From NCBI GenBank assembly GCA_040954595.2, contig CM082584.2, forward strand, positions 13,447,337 to 13,511,336: a DNA stretch of 64,000 bases, read 5' to 3'. A model generated the notes under the pieces. It saw nothing but the letters and a program-made list of their open reading frames with translations, was not told the origin of the DNA and searched no databases. The stretch's first letter is position 1. The number at the start of each line of letters is the position of its first letter. The translations under genes and the position numbers were made by a program. The stretch comes from Balanoglossus misakiensis (taxonomy: Eukaryota > Animalia > Hemichordata). Below, in pieces: positions 25,188 through 36,131 of this stretch.

Positions 25188-28100
25188 ATGGAGGCTAAAA
25201 AAGAAACTAAAGAAGATGAAGGGGACAGAAAACCAGAGGCGGCAACTGCCACTGCAGAACCTACATCCAGTTCAAGCAAAAGTTCAGCATTTGCAAAAAG
25301 TGGTTTTGATGAAGAAAAAATTAGTGCTGCTCTGAGTGCGTCACAGGATCTTGACAGAAAATGTGAGTATAGTTACTTTTTTCCGACTCCAGGTTAAATG
25401 TTCAAGGCAGAGGAATCACGATAGTGTATTTCTCTATCGTCACCTGTGTAACTCTGTATATGTAGCAGTGTGTGTGTATGTGTCTGTTGTGAACAGCATC
25501 TGGCCTATATTACACTCAGAATTGTTTGTTCATGTGTGTGTGTGTGTGTTTGTTTGTTTTTTTGTTTGTTTATTTATCAGATAATCACATGTCACCAACT
25601 AAATGTTCATGAATCGATCTCATTGACATCGCTAGGGCAGGAAATGCAAGACAAAATGAAACAACTGACTGTGCTGATGGCCAAAAACATGCAGGCAATG
25701 CTTGGGGGAGCTGTTCCGATCAGCGAAGAAGACAAGAAGCAAGTACTGGATGAGCTTACTCTGGAAGGAGTTGTCAAGTACATCAAAGATGGCAAATGTG
25801 AGAACATGTATAGAATATACTTTGAAAGTGTCTTAACATATTGATTGGTCACTCACCTGGGCTTAATGTGAACACTGTATGTATAAACAATGTCCCTGAA
25901 GACACACCATTCCTCCTGGCAAGATTTCAAGGATTAAATTGTTGTACAAAAATATACTTCTTTTTATCAAATTATTGATTTTCTTTTATTATCATTTTTT
26001 TAAATAGGTAAGAACATAATAACTATGGCTGGAGCTGGCATATCCACAGGTGAGAGGGAATTTCATGGACTGCTTCATTTCAAGCATTTATAATCATAGA
26101 CAGAGTTCATGTTTGTCAACAGTACTAGAGAAGATAGCTGTACAGATAATACACAATGTATTGTTAGGTGATGGATTTAAAACGCATACAGTGGTAATTT
26201 CTCAGAATTATAATTGCACATGCTTGAGTGTTTCATCTGTTAACATTTCAGCTGCGGGTATTCCTGATTTCCGAAGTCCCGGCACTGGTCTGTACAATAA
26301 ACTGGAAGAATATAATCTGCCTTCACCACAGAGCTTGTTTGACATCAACTACTTCAAGGTACACTTATCTACAAATAGAAAATGTTATACTGCAACAATC
26401 ACAGACTCTTTGTTATATTCTGGGTCATATTGAATTCATTGTTTCTGACAGAAAATGACATGTTTGTTTTGTGACATGTTTCCAGAAAAATCCAGAGCCG
26501 TTCTTCAAGATCAGAGTGAGAGAGTTTTACATGAAAGTTGGAGAGTACAAGCCGACACTCAGCCATTATTTTATTCGCCTGCTTGCTGAAGAAGGCTTGT
26601 TGCTAAGGCATTACACACAGGTAACAAGGGTTCTTTTTCCTCTTGTATTTATTCAATATTTTCCCTTAATTTTGGACCAACATTCATTCATTATTCATTC
26701 ATTCTTTCAGAATATTGACACTCTCGATAAGAAGGCTGGTATTCCTGAGGACAAGACAGTATTGGCACATGGATCTTTTGAAACTTGGCACTGTCTTGGT
26801 GAAGATTGCAAGACGTCTTATTCACTGGACTGGATCAAGAGTGAGTGTTTGACAATTTTTAGCAAAGATGTTCCTCTGTATGTGTGTTAGAGGTCACCCA
26901 AGGGTACTGTAAATCTTGGTGGATCACTGCTACCTCTATGTCAAGTTGGTCTTAGCTTTATGAATGCAATGCACAGCATTAATATTGCAGCACACAAAGT
27001 AAACTCCTATGGATATCTGTGCATGTATTGGGCATAACCAAGAAGTTTGTAAATTGATAAGTTGTACTTGTCAAACATTAATTTGATTTTCAATCATGTT
27101 CTATTATCAGAGGAGGTGAAAGCTGACAAGATCCCAAAATGTACAAAATGTGGCATTGTTATCAAACCAGGTGAGTCAGAGACCCACCTTTGCTTAAGGT
27201 GTGGCACTGCAGTTTCCATGGCAATTCTGGCCAAATGTTGACTAAAACTCTTTTTGTTTATCGATGTTAAACCAATATGAGAAGGGTTGCAACAAGAGTG
27301 TCAATCACTCCAACAAATCAAGCAGTAAAAATCAATCGATCAATCATTTCTGTTGCAGGCATTGTGATGTTTGGTGAAGCTTTGCCGGAAAGATTCAGGG
27401 AACTATCTAATGAGGTTTGTGTCTTGCTTTAAGTATTACAGTCAGTTTGTCTGCTCAGTGAAACATTGGAAGGCTCCATAGATGCCATGCTGGATTGCAC
27501 AGCGCTCTCATCCATAGATGACCTATTTTGGGTCTTGACTCCATTGCCATAGAGTAGTCTTCCCCCACTTGTTGATGCATACTGACACTACAATAGACCA
27601 AACGATGATGATGAGAGTGAAATCATAATGAATAACCCGACATTCTTATCTTCTTTTATGAATGACTGTGTGACTTCACTTTCAGGATTTTGAACAATGT
27701 GATCTGTTGATAATCATTGGCACATCTCTGGCTGTTCAACCATTTGCTTCACTTGTTAACAGGTATGTGGCAGTTTTCATTTCAAAATGATTTGAATTTG
27801 ACATCACAACACTGAGATAAAAGGATTACAGTATCACAGCTGATGTTGATATTATCTGAGCAGTGTCTATTGGTTGCCATGAGGTTTATATTTTTATTCC
27901 ATGCGATAATAGCATTATAGTTTACAGATATGTCATTGATAAAAGCAAAAGCTGAGAAGGCTCTAGAAAGCAAATTTAAAGAAAATCTTTTCCCTCTTTC
28001 CCATTTCAGGGTACCAGTGTCTACTCCAAGACTTCTCATAAACCGGGACAAACCTTCTGCCACTCAAGTGAGTACTGTCAATCATTTCCACACATAACAC

Positions 28101-28849
28101 AGTAGCTACACACAAGTTTCATGTCTGTAAATTTGGCGCATGCGCGTAAGACGACCCTCACTCTTTAAAAGACCAGAATAAATATCGCGGTATTTTTAAT
28201 TCAGTCTGACGCCATGGGAGCGCTTTTTGGAGTATCACCCACGACGCATTTCCAGTTTGACATGGAAGATAACTATCGCGATGTTGCCTACTTCGGTTTG
28301 TGTGACGATGGCTGTGGTCGTCTAGCCGAGCTTCTTGGTTGGAAGGTACGTTATCACTCACCTTGTGAGATTTATTGTCTTGATGTGGTTGCTGGAAATT
28401 TAGAAATTATAGGAACGCTACATGAGTATTGGAATTGCTTCCTGAGACATAAATTTATTGCTAAAACCAAATTACCGTACAGACACCATATTAAGGACAT
28501 GTCATCTTATCTTCAGGGGATTTCTGCCCAAAAGGCGTCCCATACTAAGTTGGAGGCTTGTAAACATGCATTTTACAGAAATCATGGTGCAGCAAGCATA
28601 CTTGGTTAAGCATTTTCATAATGACATCTGGTATGAATCGTGACTGGGTCAGATTGCATACTGGGATTTGACGTGAAGCAACTAGTTTTATCCATGAATA
28701 GAAAAATCAATCAGCTGAACAACTTCTTTTCTTATTTCATCTGTTCTTTGTAGAAAAAGCTGGAGCAGTTCATGAAATCAGATTCCTCCAGCTCTTCCAG
28801 GAAACAAACACACCCACACTGTGGAGCCAAACACAAGGGGACCAAGTAA
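25188..28849 (+). CDS. SIRT2: NAD-dependent deacylase, sirtuin-2-like (class I sirtuin), 12 coding exons
   Basis: Approximate exons 25188-25362, 25636-25797, 26008-26049, 26252-26358, 26486-26620, 26711-26840, 27111-27170, 27359-27414, 27686-27762, 28010-28067, 28206-28346, 28754-28849. Motifs: [47 protein letters not shown], four Zn-binding Cys, [36 protein letters not shown]. Confidence 0.88.
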
Positions 28850-29146
28850 TACAAGTTTTTTTATGTGTATGAAATGAATTTGAATAAAGAACATACCGTG
28901 GTACATCATTTACAGAATGAAAAAAACAACTTTTCTACAGATGAAGAAATTTTGAAACCAGCCAATTTTACTGCGCTGATTTACATATTTAGTGAAGCAC
29001 TCCCAATTTTCCACATTCCCTCATTAACAGAAACCTGTAATTACTTGTATATGATTTTGTGTAATGTATTAATGGGAATACAAGTGAATCTGTCTCATTT
29101 TTATTTTTTAATTCAACTGTTCAGTTCTTGTTCAGAGACATCCAAT

Positions 29147-32101
29147 TCAGACAACCTTTTGTTCATCAGAAACACTTCCTTCATTGTGATTCACTTCTTC
29201 ATCACCATGGAGACATGTTTCATTGTTACTTATATCTGACCCATCATTGGCACGCAGATGCTGTGTTTCAGGCACGACATCACTTTTGATGCTGTCAAGT
29301 TCATACGAGGAAAGATCAGCTTTTTTCTTGTCAAGGCACCGCTGAACTTCAGCTGGTAGAATAGACAATACAGCACACACAAAATAAATGACTGCAACCA
29401 AATAGAATCCTGTAACATAGTCCCCTTGGATGTCCCGTAGCCAACCTGGCGAGAAAGAAAGAAACAAAATAATCAAAATTACAACTTATGTCCCTTAAAT
29501 GGTATAATGTCCAGCTTCTGGTAATTTCATTTTCATATTAGACTCAATGACATTTTGACAATTGTATACCATCATGATTATATACTCACCTACAAATGGT
29601 GACATGAGTATGGCGCCTAGGCCCTGTAACTGCATGAACATCGAGAGACCAGAGTCATATTTTTCAGGCCCCAGAAAGAAGAACAAAACTACAGGAAACA
29701 TAGGGATGTAACAAGCAATACCAAAACCAAACAGAATCATGTACGTCAACTGACCTGAAATGATACAAAATAATGTCACTTAAATAGCTCTTCCATTACA
29801 TCAAATCCATTTATTAAGCTCATCTTTTTTGTCACAAGTTTTATCTTCTGGTGTCTTCATAATTTTAATATGCACAGTATGCTTAAATGTTTGATGAACA
29901 TCAAAAGAGAGTTTACAGTAGAATGTTTACTGTATGAAAACACATGCACCTTGGCCCCTTCCCAAGATATCAAATGGATCACACTTGTAGTGGATATACA
30001 ATGTATTTCAGAAGTTGTCTGATGACTGAAAAAAAATGAAGAAAATTTCTCTGGTTTCAAATGTGTAGTGTTGTTTAATCTGTGAACCAACCTGCAAAGG
30101 TCTTTGTGTAAATGCTGATCAGAGTAGCCACTCCACAAAGTCCCATACTGAAACCATAGAAGTAGTAGGGCTTTAACTTCTTGAAGCGTTCTCCAAGGAT
30201 GCCCCAGAATATTCTACCAATACACTGGGTCAGGCCTGTTACTGCTGGAAGACTTGAACTTTCAATGGCTGATAGGCCGAAATCTCTAGCTCTCTTTACC
30301 TGTGGGTTAAAACATTTCATATTCTGTGTGATGCACATGTTTATTTGCTTGATGAATGGATTGATATCTATGGTATGTAATAACAAGACAAGTCCATTCT
30401 GCATTTCACTTGAAAAAAAAATATGTTGTCTCTATTGCTGAAACCAACATAATTGGCTCACCACATGAGTGAAAACTGTGTAGTGTCCAGCTCCTTGGCC
30501 AAGCGATGTCAACAAAAATAACAACACCACAGTGTCGCGAAGCACATTTATGTCATAAATCATTGTGAAATATTTCTTCACTTTGGCAGTAGCATAAGAA
30601 ATATATCCTCCACATGTATAACAGCAAGTATTTTCTTGGCTTTTGCTGTAGCTAATCTCATTCTTCTCAACTTTGGAAGAATCAATGTTTTCTGGTCTGC
30701 CTGTTGTGTTCTCCCTCATTTCCGAAGTTTCATTGAGTTCTTGACTTTTCAGTGGAAGTTTAGGGTTCCCTTCATTGTGGAGTTCTGTCAGCTCTGAAGG
30801 ATCTGCTTCCAGTGGTCTCAAGAGGGCGCCACCCACACAAATGTTGAGAGTCAATCCAGCCAAGAGAAGGAGTGTTCCTCGCCAACCATATGTGTTTAGC
30901 AGTATTTGTATACCAACAGAGAAAATAAATTGTCCAAACCCTGCGCCAGACAAAGCGATTCCCATAGCCAGTGACAGTCGCTTCTTGAAGTACTTTGAAA
31001 CCATGGTTACCACAAGAAATGGGAGAGTCCAGTAACACAAACCTGTCAAATTTGAAATGTATAATGTCATGATTATGGCTTTATATCAAGAATGGCTTGT
31101 TCTGTATCTGAGGGTTGAAACAATCAGAATCACTGAAAATTGTAGGGCTTTTCTTGAGCTTTTCTGCAAGCTTTATATGTATCCTAAAGTGTCAACAGTG
31201 AGACTGCCCCCGTGTGCAAAATATGGACAAAATTGCTCCGTGAACTAACTGTGCTTCCAAGCAGACAATTGATGGTTGCACATGTAATAATTTCATATTT
31301 ATTTTTAGAATGTTGCTCTTGTACAGAAACTGCTGCATCATGTTTTACGCATGTTAAGACGGGCATGATTTGGTTTTCTGATCAAAACCTGCGTGTGTCA
31401 CAAAAATAAACATGGGTTCATCCATCATATGTGTCAAAGCACCTCAAAGGGCAATGAGAAAGTTGCAACTCTGGGATAACTTTGCTGATTAGCTGCATCC
31501 TAATGCATGGTTGCCATGGACACCCATGCAGTAAGGGTATAATACAGGGCCAGAACTTACTTGCCATAAAGCCATAGGTAAATGCAATTTGCTGAATGTT
31601 AGTTGTAAATGAGCTTAGAATCATCGATATTGCAGCCCCAATGCCAGCACCAATCACTACTCTGCGATGACCGAACTTGCTACAAAGTGGCAATGCAAAT
31701 GCATGTCCCAAGATGGCAAAACCAGCAAACAACGATCCAACCAGAGCTGTGGGTATAAGAAAAGTTTGTTCATTCATGGTGCCTTTACAGTGTCTTTATC
31801 TTTTGCATAACTTCAAACACATGTGATAGATATAGGACGTAGGTCCGGGTGTTATTAGATTCGAAGGTTATAGGCCTAGATTAGCTACAACGAGGGTCCC
31901 CCCCCCTCCGAGGCCCACACCCCCTTCCCCCAGATTACCTGTATCAGCCTTCGAACCTCCAAATGCGTCGAGGAGGGCGACGAACAACACTCCGAATGAG
32001 TAGCTCGTCCCGCCGACAATTGTGAAGATAACAAAACCAGCCAGGACGATGACCCAGCCATACCCTCCATCGGGTGGAGTGGTCTTGAGTCGGGTCCCCA
32101 T
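29147..32101 (-). CDS. Monocarboxylate transporter (SLC16/MCT family, MFS), 6 exons
   Basis: N-terminal PPDGGYGWVIV signature of SLC16, then YFKKRLSLAMGIALSGAGFG, YGWRGTLLLLAG, large central loop and C-terminal GWLRDIQGDY. Approximate exons 32101-31939, 31747-31561, 31042-30461, 30300-30092, 29754-29590, 29445-29147. Confidence 0.9.
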
Positions 32102-32965
32102 ATCGAAATGGACAGGGAGGGATGTGTTCGTTTCAAATCGGCTCTGGGCGCTGCAGCTGGAGCTACTATGTCATCGGAGACACTACACTGACTGACGATG
32201 ATAGACTCTCACTCTCCATAGCCCCTGCTCAAAAAACCTGGGCAGCTGTGCGATCGAGACCCCGGAAATAGAGTGCCCTCGGGGTCGTGTGTGTCTGTTT
32301 ATAACCTTCCCTTTAATATTTCCCGTCATGCAATCGCGAACTTTTCGTCTTTTGGTGCTCATGCTATCCAGAGCAGCGATGTTTTGGAATGCTGATTTTC
32401 CCATTGAAATTGATGACATTCATTGCAACTTCTTTATAATCATAACTTTTTTTTATTGATCAAAGTAATATTTTACACCAAAGATCTATAGGCCTAAGGG
32501 ACTGGTCAGTTTCTTCAGCCTGGGAGGGGGAGTGGATTAATGGGGGGCCACCCTGTTTAATTGGGTGATGGGGGTCACCTTGTTTTGGAAATGCTGAATG
32601 AGGGACTAATAATTGCTTTTGAGTCCACAAACATGCAAGTTTCGAGCTCTTTATATTTCTAACGTGGGTGGGGACACGTCAGGTCTTACGATCACTTTAC
32701 CAGAATAAGTTTCCGCTGTTCGCAAATCTACGCATCCGCGTTTTGTCTGGTGTTTGCCGACTTTATCAGCGAACAAGATGGCTTGAATCTGTCAACAGTC
32801 ACTGAGACCATTGGCAGCCGATGCAGCAAAGAATAGGCTACTGTCCACATTAGCATATGACAGGTCAAGGTGCGAGGCCAGTCTTTTTGTCCCAGTGTTT
32901 GTCAAGCATCTTACGAAAAGTTCAGTCTATCAGGCGAGTGGTGCCTGGAAACAGGAGTGACCAAC

Positions 32966-34207
32966 ATGGCATTACACCTTCTTGCGTGTGCTGTCGTCCT
33001 TTTCGTCTCTAACTGCTGTTCAAATGTCGCTGGAATCTGTGACACCGATACGACATTCCAGGTGTTCTCGGAAGACTTTCGGGATATTGTAGGCGATAAC
33101 CCCGTTCTGGAGCTTCTGACGGAATCCGCAAATCAGGCCATCGAGTTCCACGAGGGCCCAGTGTACTTCTCGGACGACCGCGATGGATTCTTGCTGTATA
33201 CAACCCAACCACCTGCTGATTATTCTGACCAAGACACCGGGCCGCAAATCACCATCCGTCGGTATGACATCGCATCTGGCACAATCACCACGTTTCGCAA
33301 CGAATCACAGGCGAATATGCCAAACGGACAGACCAAGGACTCCAAGGGACGCTTATTGACTTGCGAGCAAGGTTTCAGGTCAACGCCCGCTAGAATATCT
33401 CGGACTGACATGACAACTGGAGAGGTCGAAACTATAGTCGATTCATATTATGGAAGGTTGCTGAACTCCTTGAACGACGTCGTTGTAAAGAGCGATGGGA
33501 CTGTATGGTTCACTGATCCATCGTACGGACACCAGCAAGGCTATAAAGCTGAGCCTGAAATTGGTGACTTCATTTACCGTTATGACCCAGACGGACCGGA
33601 CCCAAAACTAACTGTGGTTGCAGACGATTTCGAGAGACCGAACGGACTGGTCTTTTCGCCGGACGAGCGATATCTGTACGTGAGTGACAGTGGCGCCATT
33701 CAGGGATCTGGGAGCTATCGTACAGATCTACCCCACCACATTCGAAGACTTGAAATACACGAAGGGAGATACCTAAGAAACAATCAGTTATTCGCTGTCA
33801 CCGTCGAATGTGTTGACAAGGCAGAAGGCGAACAACCCGGAATCCCCGACGGAGTCAAAGTCGACATTTGCGGCAACGTGTACGTCGGTGCTGGCGATGG
33901 CGTACAGGTTTTTAATCCTGATGGTTTATTGATTGGGAAAATAGTGCTAGGGCGAGGTGCTCCTAATTTGGTATTTGGAGGGAAGTATGGTAATGAGCTG
34001 TACATCTTGGCCGACGTAGCGCTGTACAGAGCTAAACTCAACATCCAAGGGGCTGAATTTGCTGACGTGGCCACGGATGGTACTTCGGTGAATTTCATCT
34101 CAGAAGACCAATGCCCATCAAGCGATGCTTCGAAAAGTCATCATTTTCTAGGGTCTTCTTATTTGTTGGATCTGCTTTTCGTGGCAGTGATTGGGAGCAA
34201 TTTCTGA
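32966..34207 (+). CDS. Secreted, putatively GPI-anchored SMP-30/gluconolactonase/LRE six-bladed beta-propeller; intronless CDS (413 aa)
   Basis: ATG at 32966 starts hydrophobic signal MALHLLACAVVLFVS. Motifs FHEGPVY, MPNGQTKDSKGRLLTCEQG, GRLLNSLNDVVVKSDGTVWFTDPSYG, FERPNGLVFSPDERYLYVSDSG, PDGVKVD..GNVY, NLVFGG. C-terminus has small residues followed by a hydrophobic tail. Confidence 0.88.
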   Translation: MALHLLACAVVLFVSNCCSNVAGICDTDTTFQVFSEDFRDIVGDNPVLELLTESANQAIEFHEGPVYFSDDRDGFLLYTTQPPADYSDQDTGPQITIRRYDIASGTITTFRNESQANMPNGQTKDSKGRLLTCEQGFRSTPARISRTDMTTGEVETIVDSYYGRLLNSLNDVVVKSDGTVWFTDPSYGHQQGYKAEPEIGDFIYRYDPDGPDPKLTVVADDFERPNGLVFSPDERYLYVSDSGAIQGSGSYRTDLPHHIRRLEIHEGRYLRNNQLFAVTVECVDKAEGEQPGIPDGVKVDICGNVYVGAGDGVQVFNPDGLLIGKIVLGRGAPNLVFGGKYGNELYILADVALYRAKLNIQGAEFADVATDGTSVNFISEDQCPSSDASKSHHFLGSSYLLDLLFVAVIGSNF

Positions 34208-36131
34208 ACAAGCTTAGTATTATAGACAAGGCACGGATCGTACCCAGACTCTGAAGTCTGTGTTAACACCCCGTTGTACCTACACCGTTATTTTCCTATC
34301 ATTTTTCAAGAACAGCACCGCAAGCGAATACTTCAGTACAGGCTCTCCTTGAGCGCAATACTTTAAAACCAGCAGTACTAACCCATCATTCATTTTCTGG
34401 AGCCAGTTAGTTTTTTTCCCGTGACAAGTTAGTCAGTAGTGTATTGTTGTTGTCTTTTGATAAAATGTACTTGTTTCTAGTCATATTCTGGAGAAATAAA
34501 ATTAACCCAAAACACGTGCACGGATCTTAATACATGTCAACCTTTATAGTAGTAGCACCCACTACAATCATTGCAGCTATGAAAACATCTCACATTTTAT
34601 GAATTGAAAGTAAAGTCATATACATGTACACGAAAAGAGAACTAGTTTGATCGTTTATTTCACTTCTCTATTCAGCGTCAAATGGAAAGTAGTTCCGGGT
34701 CAATGCGGACAAGCGATGGTTCCGCGACATTGAGTACGTCAACAAGTTTCCATAGAAAATAGTTCTGGCGTGTAAGTGTTAATGATTCACACTAAGGAAA
34801 GTAGTTCAAGTAGTGTCCGTTTGACCTTTTAATCCTACCAGCACGCATGTACGATGACTGAGTTTCCAACGCGATGTTTTTGTGCAAAATAAAACAAATC
34901 TGTTGTCGGCCTGAGCCAAAGAACAACCAATATACATGTAACCAGTCGACCGTCGGTATATTCGATTGTGTTACGTTGTTCGGCATTTGTTTGCCTGTAT
35001 AGAATTTTTATCACCGACATATGTGCTTTTGTTCAATATGTGTGTTGGATATTGGCCGTACACCTATTACTCTGTAGACCAACGGAAATATAACGAACTT
35101 AGTGGTTTAAACATAATTCGAAAACCTGATATAATCCGGTAATGTCCAAATGCCTTTTTATATTTTTGTTAATTTTTACTCGTGACAGTAGGGAGATGGG
35201 GGGGGGGGCACATTAAAATTTTAAAAAAGTAAATAAACAAATACAGTAAACTATGGTACAGAAGTAAAAACCTCAATAAAGAAGATAGTTTTTAAAGTCT
35301 TCCCCCACATAATTTAAGGCTGTTTCCATGCGACAGATTACCCGGCTATGGAAAAGACCAGTCAACCCAGCGATGATTCACAGTGCCGCGACTATTGAGC
35401 CGTGACGTTTACTTCTCTGGTGTTTATCTATCGACAAAAGTTGAACCACCCCTTGTTATGACTACAAGACTGTAAACCTTTCTCAAGGCGTGGAGTGTAA
35501 ACCAAAGAATCGTGCGTGCGTGTTTGCACTGGAGGCCTCGATCACTGCACTGCTGTTTATCATGTAAATGAGCTCCGTCGTTAGGAAGCCATGTGAATTC
35601 AGTGCTATGTTTCGGTGTGGAGTCCTTATGATATTCATATTGCGATCTCCTCAGCGAAATGTCTGAAAGTCTTAGACATGCAATAGACAATCGAATCAAA
35701 ATTTACCAAATACAGGTATAGTTAAATTTAAAAGCGCCTATTAAAATGCTAACCTTTGACTTTAGTGTTTGGCACTTAACCCCTGCGCAGGTTTCGTTGC
35801 CGTTCAACGCAATCTTGATATCTCGCAAGGAATAACTTGATAAATCACTCTAAACTGTCCATTTAATATTTAAATGTGATTGCTTTATCACAAAATCAAT
35901 GAAGGCCAATGTTTGAATATGTATTATCTTATTAACATACTAGCTATTTTGGATCAGAAGAAAGCAACGTTAAACTAAGAATTTTTATTCATTTGCCTGG
36001 AGGTCCTTGTCAGGAGAATATCTGATTCGCGTGAATCAGGTGACGTATTAACATGTTTGAGTAAAGAGTACAGAGGCTACATGAATAAGTATATGTACTG
36101 ACGTCCATGTTGTAACGACATATTGCCCAAA

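Noticed and set aside
27212-27225. X-box-like GTTTCCATGGCAAT in a sirtuin intron
   Set aside because: Not promoter-proximal. CCATGGCAAC-like words recur across the window, which also lowers confidence in the other X-box calls.
32870-32965. Longer 445-aa lactonase ORF starting at GTG
   Set aside because: In a eukaryotic context the ATG at 32966 directly begins a signal peptide, so the upstream extension is probably UTR.
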